DNA of 64,000 nt from Takakia lepidozioides (Eukaryota > Plantae > Bryophyta), in NCBI GenBank assembly GCA_030704615.1, contig CM060734.1, positions 46,934,001-46,998,000 of the forward strand, read 5' to 3'. Positions within the stretch are counted from its first letter, which is position 1. The number at the start of each line of letters is the position of its first letter. Of the stretch, positions 23,085 through 36,800 are shown piece after piece. Under the pieces are notes generated by a model that was not told the DNA's origin, ran no database searches, and saw only the letters and a list, made by a program, of their open reading frames with translations. The position numbers and the translations under genes were made by a program.

Positions 23085-26000
23085 TGTCGCGCACCTCACT
23101 TCGGTAAGCTCCCCTTCAAGTCATAGTTACTCGCTTTGATGCGCGCACCTGACTCCCAACCTGGCCCCGGGCCAACTTGGAGCTTCGGTTGCTCACCGGG
23201 ACATAACGGTCCCCCCTTTGCTTCCCACTAAACCCTCCACCTATTTGGGTCTGGTGGAATTCCCTTTGGTAGATGGCAGTCCGGAACAGCTCCCCACTCT
23301 TTGGTCGCTTTCTGGCTCGCTCGCTTACTCATTAGTTTTTGGTCACCAACGGGCTTGCACCGTTCTCAAGGTCACTACTCCCCTTATATATACTTCTGTA
23401 GCTGTCCGCGGGGGTTTCACAACCAGCCATGCCATTTTATGGCGAACCACCACGAAAACCCTCGACTCCCAGTGATGAGTCGCGGTGAGTCTTGGCCCAC
23501 TCACCACGGCCCCTATGGACCGTGATGAGTCCCAAGACTCCCCACGACTCCCATCACGAGGTCTCCGCCCCCCATGGTGAGTCCTATGCCACCCCCACTA
23601 AGTCCCGCTAAGCTACCACCACCCCTTGTGGAGCCACCCCCACCGCAACCCGGTGTGCGGGGCTCCACCTAGTGAGCGCCTCCGCCTTGAGTGCCTTGGG
23701 CACTCAAGGGTGCTTCAGCCCCCCATACCTATCGCTGCCGCTGCTCCCATCACAGGGGTAGCCCCACATGTGTCCCGACCCCCTGCCCTCAAGGCAAAGG
23801 GCCGCGACACACACCCCTACCAACAGGGAGTCGATGTCCTCATCGACTTGTCCATTTTGTAGAAACGAACATCCAAGTTGTGGCGTCCCACATCAAGGAG
23901 TTTGTTTCCGCACCATGGCGTCCCATGGCAAAGAACCAAACCCACACTTGACTCTACTCTCCACTAGCTAGTTCGGCCGACTTCCTCCAAGTCCTTGCCA
24001 AGGGTGGAGCCTCTCCAGCTCCAGTGCACTTCTTGGCCTACTTCAAGGCCAAGGAACGATCCCGAGGATCGAATCGCCTTACTGCAACAACATTGCTTGC
24101 GACCGCTCATGATGCCGCTTTTGGCATCACCTTGAGCAAGGGTTCCCCTGGAACCCTCTTCGACTAGGAAGATAACCTTAAACCAACCGTGCGCCCCAAT
24201 CACTACAATTGGGTCCGCCTTGGAATGCTGGCCTGAGGTACGGGAACACGCCGAAGTCGCACTACGACTTCGTACCGAGGCTACACGATTATAGTACGTG
24301 AACGGAAGCACGTGGCTTCCGCGTTAGCCCGCACTACAAGGCAACCCCCTCGGTAGCGCAGTTATAGTACGCGCACGCGCCAGGTGCGCACTAGCACGTG
24401 AACTCCCAAAGAAGGCGCAGGTTTCCTTGTCCATTGGATGGGGGTCACCCGATTTCGGCACTACGCAAACACACGATTAACCCAATTTACCTCTCCCACT
24501 TTATAAGCTAGCATGCATTCTACACACTAGCCAACCATACCATGCATCACCATTCCAAACAAAATAGGACGCACAACATTTGGAAGCCATTTCATTTATA
24601 GCACGTTTTGTACAATACAAGTTTTTGCAATCGGATTCCTAAGCTAGCTGAGCTGGGCTAAGCATGCATTTTCCTCCCCACGCTCCAAGGTTGATGTCCC
24701 CATCAACGCTTCTTCCGCTTTTGAGGTCGCCATTCGAAAGCTGCAACCGCCTCGGATGCATTTCCCATTTCTGAGGCACGCACCCAAGATGTCTCCACAT
24801 GATGATAGCCCTTCCATTTGACGAGATACTCCGTTTCTCGGTTCTTGAACCTCCTCGACTTAAGTATTGCCTCCACCTCGTACTCAGGTTCATTTTCATG
24901 ATCCAACAGCATAGGTGGCGGACGCAACACTTGATACCGATTCGGACGCGCTTCATCTTTGAAATAAGGCTTCAAAAGGGAGACATGGAATATTGGGTGC
25001 ACCTTGCTGTTTGCCGGCAGCTCCAATTCATACACATCCTCATTCATAACCTTCCGAATGCGAAAGGGTCCCGCATACGGAGGTACGAACTTCGGACTCA
25101 CTTCCGGAGGTAGTCGAAAATTCTTGATGATCAACCAGACCTCCGTGCCTGCCTCAAACTTCACTTCCCTCCGCTTCCGATTCGCCTGCCTTTCATACCG
25201 TTTCCTAGCTTTGGCAATGTTGTACTTTGCGAGCTTCAACAAACGTTCGCGTTCTTCAGTACCGCCGTTACTGCCGGTTCCTCAACGTCCTGGGCGGCCC
25301 AACTTGTCGGCACCAGAGGTGCTTTTCCATAGACCAATACGAAAGGGGAAACTGCGGAGTGTTCTGTGTTATTATAACAGAACTCTGTCGCGTCTAAGTG
25401 TTCCACCCAGTCTGTTTGGTCTGCCGACACGTAATTCCGCAAGATCTGCTTCACTACGGAATTCACTTTCTGTTTGGCCGTCGGTCGTAGGTCGGAAGGC
25501 GGTGCTCATCTTTAGCCTCGTCCCCATCTTCTTCCAAAGTGCCCTCCAAAATTTACTCGTAAACTTTGGATCGCGGTCCGAGACAATATCCTTCGGGACT
25601 CCATGATGCTTTAAGACGTGGGCGAAGTAAAGTCGCCCTGTCTCCTGCGCCGTTGCCGTCTCCTTGGTGGGGATGAAATGGCCCATTTTACTGAACCTAT
25701 CCACCACCACCATGATTGCATCGAATCCTTTCGACAGCGGCATAGCAGTCATGAAATCCATCGAGACGCTTTCCCAAGTCCCCTCTGGAATCGGCAAAGG
25801 TTGTAACAGCCCCGCTTGCTTTTTGTACTCGCTCCGGTTTTGTTGGCATGTGGTGCATGTCTTGACATACTCCTCTGCCTCCTCCTTCAGTTTGGGCCAG
25901 AAATACTCTTTCTTCAAGAGTGCCGCAGTGCGCTTGGCTCCACCGTGGCCCGCAAGCGGGCTATCATGGCATTCTCTCAAGAGGCTATCTCTGATCCCTC

Positions 26001-29000
26001 CCTTTGGCACGTAGAGACGTTTTTGCTTATACCGGGGCAGTCCATTTTGCAAGTGGAACTGTGATTTAACCCCCATCCTTAAGTCCTGCATCACGGACTT
26101 CGCCAGCTCCTCCTTTCGGCAAGCCTTTCGGATCTTCCTTTGGAGCGCCGTCTCGCCCTTGTACACCAACAAGAACTGCTGCTTTTTACTTAAAGCATCG
26201 GCCACCACGTTGTCTCGTCCCGGTTTGTACTGGATATCCACGTCGAACACTGCCAAAGTATCTTGCCACCTAAGTGGTTTTGGGGACAACTTGGGCTGCG
26301 TGGCAAAATACTTCACCGTGACATTGTCCGTGAACACCTTCACTGGGTTGGAACCAACATAGTGGCGCCAAAGCTCAAGACAGTGCACCACCGCCTTCAT
26401 CTCTTTCTCGTGCGTCGGCCACCGTCGCTCTACTTCATTCAGTTTCTTACTTTCGTAAGCCACTGGACGTCCATCTTGCATCAGTACACCCCCAATCGCG
26501 AAGTCCGACGCATCTGTATGTATCTCGAACGGACGATTGAACTCCGAGATTTTCAAGACTGGAGCTTCCGCCATCCGTTGCTTCAATTCAGCAAAAGCTT
26601 GGCCGCAAAAGGTGTTCCATGCCCAGACTTTAGATTTACACAGAAGGTCTGACAGCGGCCCCCCGCAATCTTGGCGAAATTTCTCACATACTTCCGGTAA
26701 TAGGAGGCGAGTCCTAGGAAGGATCGCACTCCGGGGACCGAAGTCGGAGGCTTCCAGTCTAAAATTGCCCTCACCTTCTTGTCATCCATTCTGATCCCAT
26801 CCTGTGTAATCACATGCCCCAGGAACTCCACTTTTGTGACCCCGAATTCGCACTTTGAAGCTTTGGCATACAGCTTCCCTTCCCGTAATTTCTGGAACAC
26901 CCTTTTGAGGTGCTCCAGGTGCTCCTCCTTTGTTTTCGAATACACCAAGATGTCGTCGATGTACACGATCATAAAGTCATCCAACCACTCCTGGAAAAGG
27001 CTGTTCATCAGCGTGCTAAAAGGTTGCTGGTGCATTGGTGAGCCCAAAAGGCATTACCAAGAACTCATATGAACCATACCTTGTCCTGCACGCGGTCTTC
27101 TCCTCATCTCCTTCCGCCACCCGAATTTGATGATAGCCGGAGCGCAAGTCGATCCGGCTGAAATACTTCGTTCCTGCCAACCGATCGAAGAGGTCGTCGA
27201 TCCTTGGCAAAAGGGTACCGGTTTTTTAGTCACCTTATTCAGAGCCCTGTAATCGACACACATCCGCAGCGTCCATCCTTTTTATCTGCAAACAGCACCG
27301 GGGCTCCGTAAGGTGACTTACTCGGCCGGATGTACCCCTTTGACATTAGATCTTTGAGCTGAGTCTTCAGCTCGACCAACTCTCTGTGGCTCAACCGGTA
27401 GGGCGCCTTGGTAGGCGGTTCCGATCCCGGTATCACCTCAATCTTGTGGTCAACTCCTCTTCGCGGTGGCAAGCCGCTTGGCAAATCCTCCGGCATCACA
27501 TCATGGTATTTCTCCAAAATCCCCTTGATCCAATCTGGGCTCGGCTCTCCATCGCCTTCTCCCTTCACTTCTCTAATGTAGAGCAAAAACTGGGGTTCGT
27601 GTGCCTCCTCCACGGCCCACTCCTTGCTGACAGAAGGTTTATTCGCCCTCCCACGGGTTTGGGCGTTTCTGAAACTCGTAAGACCTCACACCATTCCATA
27701 TGGCAGCGTGACTACCCTCTTGCGGCCATCTATGACCGCTCCGGATTTGCTCAAAAAGGTCATCCCCCAAAATGAGATCCACTCCATCGATCTCGCAGAC
27801 GGTGAAGTTCTCACGTCCCTCCCAACTCCCCAGTTGAAGAGGAACATCGAAAAACCTCGTCGCCAATTGCGGTTCTGCTTTGGCAGAACACACCTCAAAT
27901 AGAGGCCCCTACGTCAGTTGTCGGGAGTCCCAGCTTTTGTGCCGTTGTCGGTGTCATGAAGGAGTGCGACGCTCCTGTGTCCACCAACAATGACACGTTA
28001 GTTCCGGATATTATCCCATCCACGAACAATAAGTGACTCCCTTTACGCAATGCGCCAGTTTCCTGATACAACTCACAAGAATATTTGCCTACCTTGCAAG
28101 TCCTGGCGACCACCGCTTCCACCAAGCGACTGATGGTATCTTCCGACAGCTCCGTGGTTGCCCGAGTCATGTTCAATTGTCGGGGGTTTCGTGCACTTCT
28201 TGGCCATGTGCCCGGGCTCCCCGCAATTGAAAACACACTCCATCAAAGGTCGCCTTCTGTCCGCCATAAGCCGCTCCACCCGCTTTTCCTTTCGAAGCAC
28301 TCGGTGCCGCCTTGACGTGTGAAGGCCCCCCTTTCGATTTCCATGTGCCATTGTCGCCGCGTGGCCTATCCCACTTCTTTTTCCGGTCGGAAGGAGTACC
28401 TTCCCGCCGGGTCTTCTTGTGGTTCAGCTCCGTACGGCCTTGTTTCACCCCTAGGGACATCTGAGAAACATTCAGCCCTCTCAATTGCCTCGTTCAAAGT
28501 CTTAGGTGGCTTCTCCTCCAAATTCCCCCTGGCCCATGGGGCCAATCCCGCCCACAAAGTTGAAGACCATTTCTGGTTCCGCCATATCCGCGACTTCGAG
28601 CAACAGCACATTGAAAGCCTGGACATATCCCCGAATGTCATCTGTTTGCTTCAAAATTCCTCATCTTGTCCCGGGCAAGCCAGGACGCGTTGAGGGGCAC
28701 AAACTCTCGCTTCATCAATTCCTTGAACCCACTCCAATTCAAGGTTTCCGGACTTGGACCTCGGTCTGAAGGCGTTTCTGCCACCATTGTTGAGCATAGC
28801 CCCTCAAATAGGTGGGAGCCACTTTCCACCCGATCCTCGTCACTTAACTTGGCCGCCCGGAAGTACTGCTCTAGCTCCAACAGCCAGGTGTTGAGTGCCT
28901 TCCGATTTCGGACGCCCTCGAAAGGTGCCGGGTTCCTTAGGCTTCACCTTAAACTTTGCCTTAGCGGAAGTGGCATTAGCCACCTTCAACACGTCTTTCA

Positions 29001-30025
29001 ACGTCCCGCCCAACTGCGCCAACAACCCTTCCCAAAGCTGCCGGCATGGGAGGCATCTGTTGGTCCGTCGGAGCTCTCAGGGATTCCTCGGGCTCCGACT
29101 CCTCGGATTCCTCCCGCTCTTGAGCGGCCTCGTTTCAGAAACCTACGTCGCTTCCTCAAACGGCCTTCGTGACACGTCGCCCCATCGGGGCTCACCAGGA
29201 TCATCATCTTTGGGGGCCGTTCGCTTTCGCTTTGGCTTGCCCGACCCCATGATGAGGCCAATCCCAAGGACGATGCGTACTGAACTCTAAGCTCTGATAC
29301 CAAGTGTCGCGCACCTCACTTCGGTAAGCTCCCCTTCAAGTCATAGTTACTCGCTTTTGATGCGCGCGCCTGACTCCCAACCTGGCCCCGGGCCAACTTG
29401 GAGCTTCGGCTGCTCACGGGACATAACGGTCCCCTTTGCTTCCCACTAAACCCTCCACCTATTTGGGGGTCTGGTGGAATTCCCTTTGGTAGATGGCAGT
29501 CCGGAACAGCTCCCCACTCTTTGGTCGCTTTCTGGCTCGCTCGCTTACTCACTAGTTTTTGGTCACCAACGGGCTTGCACCGTTCTCAGGGTCACTACTC
29601 CCCTTATATATACTTCTGTAGCTGTCCGCGGGGGTTTCACAACCAGCCATGCCATTTTATGGCGAACCACCACGAAAACCCTCGACTCCCAGTGATGAGT
29701 CGCGGTGAGTCTTGGCCCACTCACCACGGCCCCTATGGACCGTGATGAGTCCCAAGACTCCCACGACTCCCATCACGAGGTCTCCGCCCCATGGTGAGTC
29801 CTATGCCACCCACTAAGTCCCGCTAAGCTACCACCACCCCTTGTGGGCCACCCCCACCGCAACCCGGTGTGCGGGGCTCCACCTAGTGAGCACCTCCGCC
29901 TCCTTGAGTGCCTTGGGCACTCAAGGGTGCTTCAGCCCCCCATACCTATCGCTGCCGTGCCCCCATCACAGGGGTAGCCCCACATGTGTCCCGACCCCCT
30001 GCCCTCAAGGCAAAGAGCCGCGACA
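23085..30025 (-). mobile_element. Full-length Ty3/Gypsy chromovirus LTR retrotransposon (Galadriel/Tcn1-like): 5' LTR 29305-30025, 3' LTR 23085-23809
   Basis: Two LTRs of 721 and 725 bp with TGTCGCG...CGCGACA termini. TSD GTGGA / GTGAA (4/5 match). PBS TGGTATCAGAGC at 29291-29302. Purine-rich tract GGTAGGGGTGTG next to the 3' LTR. Domain order gag-PR-RT-RH-INT-chromo. Confidence 0.97.
24703..29250 (-). pseudogene. gag-pol polyprotein of the chromovirus, broken by multiple 1-nt frameshifts
   Basis: Zinc knuckle CFNCGEPGHMAKKC, protease LVDTGASHSF, RT MCVDYRALNK / [10 protein letters not shown] / VYIDDIL, RNase H HTDASDFAIGGVLMQ, integrase H..GH..CxxC / SMDF / VSDRDPKF, GPY/F (AGPF), chromodomain EYEVEAIL...YLVKWKGY...SW. 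Confidence 0.95.
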
Positions 30026-31160
30026 GTGAAAGCCAAATATAGATTTGGTTAGTTTAGCATTGAGTAGCAGAAATTCTCCTCAAGTCCTTCACTATGAGAT
30101 GATAGTTTTGATTGAGTCAATTGTCATTACGACGTGAGAATAATGTTTCTCAACAAAGGTTTGTGACTGAAATTGACATGTTGTCTCTGGATGTTATATT
30201 TGTGAGATTCTCAGGCTGAGAAGATGGTGGAAGGTTGCAGACTCTATTGTACTATAACAAGGCGGTTTAGGTCGGAGTCGGTGAGCCATAACTTAGCAGT
30301 CGCACTCCTGGTCAACGAGATGTCGTTTGCGCTAAGGAGTGTAGGCTCAGAGCTCTTTGTTGTGGGTGACATTAGAGTACGTTATACGACGACTAACAAA
30401 TATTTCCATGATGCGGCGATGTTTTAGAATATACACAAGGCAATGTCGAGATCTACGGCATATATTGATGGGAAGGTGAATACTCCACTACTGGTAGTGG
30501 ATTTTATCTCCCCGCTCGGGCAACAAGGATCGCATCAAGTGCAAAGCGGTTTGTGCTACAGCTGGTGTAAAATACTACTGGCTTGGTTGCTATGTCCAAG
30601 GCTGGATGAAGTGTGCAAGCCTATCAGATACAGGGGTATATGAAACAGTAAGGACTATCCATAAGAACGATGGACCAGTTATTATGGCGTCATTCAGCAT
30701 GCCTATTGATTTCGAGCAAGTCTTTAGGATCGACTAATGAGAGGTGGGCCATTCATATTCTATCATAGTTTGCAACGCCTAAAAAATATGAATCTTTCTA
30801 GTGTCTCTTCTATCTACTGAAGGACGAGCACAAAGTGCTAATGCGGTCTTGAATCGTTTGGTCGCTCTAGTTGTACATACATCAAAATAACAAGAACACA
30901 AAAAATCAGAAATAAATACAGTAGACTTTCCTAACTTTGTCTTTGATGCTCGAATTACTGCTTAATTGCCAACTTCACTAACCAATTACCTAACATTGCA
31001 GCCCACATGTGAATTATCATCAATATAGATATAGAAGTGCAACCTCTTCACTTTTACCATACATGCATGAGTATTAATTCGTGTAGATGATGAATTTTTT
31101 TGTGAGGTACTACAAAGACATCCATTAAGCTGCAATTTGAACTTTAGAGGCCCGACAACG

Positions 31161-31322
31161 AGCATGTAGCCCAGTGGTAATGGACACATACCACGTTGGA
31201 TGTGTTTCACGGTCTGGTGTGTCATGAAGGTGTCCACCTTTCATATGGAAAGCAGTAGCCCTTGTGGTGAAGAGACACCATAAGTTACGCTCCCTTCTGG
31301 AGGTGTCATACTTTTTTCTTTA
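31161..31322 (+). mobile_element. tRNA-derived SINE, family B, copy 2
   Basis: A box TAGCCCAGTGG, body matching the reverse complement of 39934-40095 (B-box region deleted), T-rich tail. Confidence 0.7.
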
Positions 31323-31632
31323 GAGGCCCTAAGTCCATAATTTGTAGGTGGACCCTATTGCCACTACTCAAGGTGGAAGATGAAGACAAGTACTAATGTC
31401 TTCCTAGTATGTGCTAGGCTTCCAATTTCTATGCCAATACGTGATCTTATTCATTAGTATCTGAGAAGCACTACCCTTTGCAAACTTTGCCATGAGGAGT
31501 TGACACAATGTAAGAAACAAGGCAAGACAAAATGACTCTTAGTTATGCTGGCTAATTTGGCCGAAGTTTTTTTTTTTTTTTTTTTTTTCTAAGAAACATT
31601 TGTCCATATGCTAAATGCCACTATGTTATTCC

Positions 31633-32130
31633 TGTCACGGACATAGCCCATAGGAACTTGCCAGGAGTAAATACCGGAAGTTATCAAGTTACCATGTTAT
31701 CGAAAGTTATCATGATTTATCGTGATCTACTATAATTTACTATAAATTACCGGGAGTTTATTAAATTACCGAGAGTAACTTGGAAACTGCTCAAGAAGCT
31801 TTTTTTGGAGCTTGTCCATAAAGATACCTCATTTGTTTAAGAAAACTTCTCCATCAAGAAACCTCCATTGGGGAAGCTTCTTAGGGAACTTCCTAGTAGC
31901 CAGTATATATAGGAGGCGAGACTGGACACTCTTCAATCTCGCCAACACAAGTTCAAGCTACTCCAGTTCCCAGCCCCAGTACTCCAGTTCAGCTTCCAGT
32001 ACTCTAGCCCAGTTTCCAGTATCTGGCACTTCAGTCCAGTTTCCAACATTCCAGTATTCAAGTCGAGTTCCAGTATTTTGTATTCTTGCTGACCCTATGC
32101 ACGGAGCATGGGGCAGCCATGGGCTTGCAT
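31633..32130 (+). mobile_element. Possible solo LTR or LTR fragment
   Basis: Begins TGTCACGG, has a TATA-like GTATATATAGG at ~31904 followed by CCAGT-rich repeats. No clear 3' end or TSD found. Confidence 0.35.
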
Positions 32131-32518
32131 TGAAGACCTTAATAATCTAAAATGCGAGGTCCCAAGGGGGGTTGGTTTGGAGGCTATTAGGAATGAGGGG
32201 GGAATGAGCTTGAATTGAGGGGTTGACCCTTCATCTATACAAAAGTAGGGTTATATGGATGAAAACATTCATTTGTCAATTACCCACCGACCCAAAAGAC
32301 AGATATGCTTATATTTCCCAGTTTGGTATGAACAAGGTCTGCAACATGGATGAACTTATTGGTTGGAATGGGATGTGTGACTCAATGCCCTAAGGCGAGT
32401 ATATATAATGTGTATATAAAGAATTGATGCGCGCATGTTATCACTTAGGTTTTGTGGTTTCAATATAGAACATGGAATACCATGACGGTAAAACATGGTG
32501 CTCTAAAAGTGAAAACGT

Positions 32519-32660
32519 TATGATGCCTCCCGAAGGAAGTGTAAATTATGGTGTTTCTAGGGCTAGCCTTCTGGCGGGAAGGTGGACACCTCTTTGACAC
32601 CAATGACCCACAACCACTTCTGAGGTATGTGCCCATTACCACTGGGCTACAACTTGGTTG
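32519..32660 (-). mobile_element. tRNA-derived SINE, family B, copy 3
   Basis: TATGATGCCTCCCGAAGG...AAGGTGGACACC...GGTATGTGCCCATTACCACTGGGCTACA. Confidence 0.7.
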
Positions 32661-33850
32661 TCATGGAGCTCTAGAGTAAGAGTCCATTTTGTAGGTTCTT
32701 GGATCCATCTATACTGAACTCTTCTAGATTTCGTCTGTATGACATTTTTTGGATTGGGTCTAGGGCTGGTGGAGCTTGATAAGCTTGAATGAAGGGGACA
32801 GTGTAACTTCGTTGGCTCTGTTCTATCCTTGGGGTTAATACTTTCCCAACACAATGTTCAATATTCGATATCATCACTCTAAATCCAAACAGAAGAATAC
32901 AAATTCAAGACTAGGAACCTTGAATTTCAATGCCGTTCTAACAAAAATAAGAAACACCATATAAACTACCGTTCCACTGAGGTCATCCAAACAATGGGTC
33001 CGGACAACTCTGCGAGGATGTTGTTATACACAATCTGGGGTCAATAGTTGGCAACATAATCATGCACATGCATCTCAGCATTGAAAACTATGAAACTCTT
33101 ACAATGGGAATGGACATCAGTTTGAGGTGCTCATTCAACAGAAGTTTTCATTAGGTCCTGAGAAGGCAGACGAACCCTGATAATTTAACATACCCTCGAG
33201 CTTGGACTGGCTTCAACACTAGTGATGCAAAATTGGGTAGTGAAGGTCATTGTCAAGGAACCACACAAAGCGTATGATATGCATTCTCTGTGCAATGACT
33301 ATAGTTACATATACGAGGTTGGAGGTGTAATGCTATGTCTCCGTGCCTACAGTTTATTGGTCCAAGGCAACACTGAGTAGACTTGCTATGAAGTGAGACG
33401 GCTTGCAGTGACTGCTTAGCTCTTTCACTAAAAAGAATCAAAGAATGTTGGCTAATGTACATCTCAAGCGAACATAGAGTTCTTTGTTTTCACTACTTTT
33501 ACAGTCTATTCTCCCACCCCCTCCCTCCTCTTCAATAGACACAAGAATTCTCAAAGCCCTGGAAGCCCAGCTTCTGGGGTGGTCATCTTTCTCAATGCTT
33601 CACCACCCCATATATCCGCCCATCAGCTGGTTGATTTGACGATAAATCACTTGTGGAATGAACTTGAAAAGTGGAACTCTGGGCCAATTAGACACAGATG
33701 ACGGCATGCTCGTACTATTTCCCAGTTCCCTCGAGAACAATCTGCAATAAAGGGCCATGTTCACCCACAAGCTGGCTCCTTACGGACACTCCGTTTTGAT
33801 CATGGACGGCTGAACCAAGAGGGCAGCAGGAGATCAACTAATGTCCCATC

Positions 33851-36800
33851 TTAAGGAAACGTAAAACTGCCGCCTGATGTGCTGTTATTTGATGAAGGGC
33901 TGAGGTAGACCCACAAGAGAGAGATGATGACAGATAGCAGACCAGACCACACATATATAATTGTAGGCATACGACCACTCCGGCCCATAAGACCCTTGGC
34001 GAAAGGGTAGAGATGAAAGAGTACCCATAAACTGAAGAAAACTCCACCAACCAGTTTGCTCCATTGTGGAATTGTGCTGTAAATTGTGCGTGCAACGCCC
34101 ACAGCTATGGCTATCATGTTGGTAAGCATGATGGTGATGGGGGGTATAAACAGAAGTGTCCACTTGACTGTATAGAGGTCAGCGAATTGGTCATCCTCGT
34201 CCTCCCCCGCAGACTTTGAAGTCAGTGTAAAGGAAATGTCAACCCCAGCAATAACCTTCAGTAACCCCTGGAAAACTGCTGCCAGATGGGCGCTTGTGCC
34301 ACCGATGACCCAAAACTGTTCATTTCGCCACCACTCCTCTAGGGTGATGCCTGACCACTTCACCTCTAGTACAGCAAGCATGCATAGGGTGACAGTGATA
34401 GTGAGGAGATAAATCAAGAAAGAGAGGTTAAGGTTTTGTACGATGAACTGGCCAGTAAAGAGAGAGAGGGCTGGGAGAAAACAGTAGACAAGAAGGAAGA
34501 TGGATGTGAAGGGGTAGATGCCAACATTCAGATACGCAATACGCTGCAGTAATTTCATGCGTGGACTGGCTAGCAGTGCATTGTTGCGCGAGAAAAAAAT
34601 TTCGACTGACCCTGTTGCCCACCTCAGCACCTGCAACATCACATCATTGAGAGGTTGAAATTAGCCACCAACTGCTGTAACATGAACTGGCAAATAGATT
34701 ATGAAGCAGGAACAAAGTGCTATGCTATTTGCCACCTAACATACACTACAAGAGCTAAAACTAAATTAATTGAAGAGGAAAGGCAGACGCTGTAGCATTG
34801 AAGTCCTATCAGTCTGCATAGTCAATTAACAGAAATCTTCTTGAAGTTGAAGGGGTGCATTGTAGACGACATATGAAGTAATGGATGTCTTCGAAGAGAT
34901 AACATGCTCACCTGATGAAGCCGATCAGTGAGATTGATGGGGGCAGTTCCCCTGAATGCATCACGCTTGGTCACACAGTAAATAGATCGCCACCCGCGGT
35001 TGTGCATACGATAACCTGTTACCACATCCTCTGTAACAGAGCCATAAATCCAGCCCACTCGCCCACCCCACTCGGTTTTGTCCTCATAGAAACAAGAGAT
35101 CACACTGATTGCCTCTGCCACTGTACTGGCATCCAGTGGCTCCCGAGGAGCTGCCAGAGCACCAGCTGGGCGCCCATTATGAACTCCTTGATCAGCAAGC
35201 GGGCGGCCCTGGAACTCAGCAACTGATATTGATGCAGCAAAGGTCACAGAGCTACCATAGCGCTTGGGCAGCATTGCAGCCTCAACATCATCATCTTCAT
35301 CACTAGTTCCAGCAGTCAGAGTCGTAACCTCCACTTCTCGCTTTTTAGGCTGCATTTTATTCTTCCTTTTCCCTCCACAGCAGAAAGTCCAACATCCTTC
35401 ATGTAGCTTATGCCTCGGGGGATCATACCCATAAAGTGCAGTCCTCCGAAACACACACCCAGTACCCACATAGACAGGGCCTTGTAGCCCATCCAGAGCC
35501 CTCATATTCACATCAAAAAAGACTGTGTTATGATTGGCATACCGATCGTTGGGATCAACACCTTCAAACCGCTGGGGAAACTGGACGTAGCAGATACGAT
35601 CTCCTCCTCTGTCCATGAAAAAACACATCCCCTCTCTGAGTGCCTGTGAATTGAAAATGTAATGGTCACAATCAAGATTGAGAATGAAGGGCCCATTAGA
35701 CATTATGGCACTTGTCCGCACAAGAGCATTCATGGCTCCGGCTTTCTTGTTGTGGTCGTAGCCTGGACGCTTCTCACGTGACATGTAAACCAACATTGGT
35801 AAGCGTATGTCAATATCACTTGTGTCTATCAGGTTCTCTTCATCAGCACTTCCCATCAGAGGCTCACTGCTGGGAGGGGCCAGCATCACCTGCATTTCCA
35901 TTCCAAACAAGCCTTTGTGAGATCCTCAAACTTAAACTCAGTGCACCAGAGCAAGTGGGGACTGTATGAGGTATTCCATCTGAAGACAACCATTCCGCAA
36001 ATCTCCTTGATTATTGCAAACAGTCCTTGGGGATAACTCTGGTTACAGCCCAAATAAGGCTTCTGAACAATTCCCAGACACTGCTTACAAAAAGTGAAAT
36101 GGGATGGAAGACAAAGCAGCCAAGTACAGCCAAAGGACTACAAGTCAGACCCTCTGAATAGGAGTGTGGCTTCACCTGGATAACGCCTGCATGGTCCCCA
36201 CGCCCATGCTCCTTGCCCGAATGAGTCCATGTGCCGGGCCAGTGGGTTCCATCAGCCATCCAAGTGGCCTTGGGTACATTCAGGGATCCTGAGGGGTCAG
36301 CCCCAGTCTCGATTTGTGTTCGCTTGGCTCGAAGCTCTTCATGGGCATTGTAAGCATCTGAACGGCGGCGAATAGCATCAGGCAGTCCATTGATGCGCAC
36401 CTTAAATTCGTCATATTCTCTTTTCACTCGGCGACGATCCTTCACAAAATCAGATCGTACTTTGTTCTTCGTGGGATCTCCTTTCAGTGCGAAATAGGTC
36501 TCTGGATTACGGGGCTCAATGTTGTGTTTGCGGCAAAAAGGCACCCACACTCGTGCAAAACTTGCTCCCTCAGCCAGGGCCTCAAATGTGAGGAGAGCCC
36601 CGCCGTCATCGGACACATAGCAAGATAGCTTCTCCAGAGGGTAGTCGGCAGCAAGAATGGAGAGAACTGTATTGGCAGTCGTCAATGGGGGCTCTTTCTC
36701 AGGGTCTGCTGTGGAAACAAACACATCGATCCCGGGGAGGTCAGATCTCCCAGTGGGATTCGCAGGGGTTGGAGTCTCAAATTTCTCCTTGAGCACTTGC

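Noticed and set aside
23810-24702. Possible env-like or extra ORF (23964-24311) between pol and the 3' LTR
   Set aside because: Short, no ATG-led long frame, no TM or known motif; treated as a long 3'UTR.
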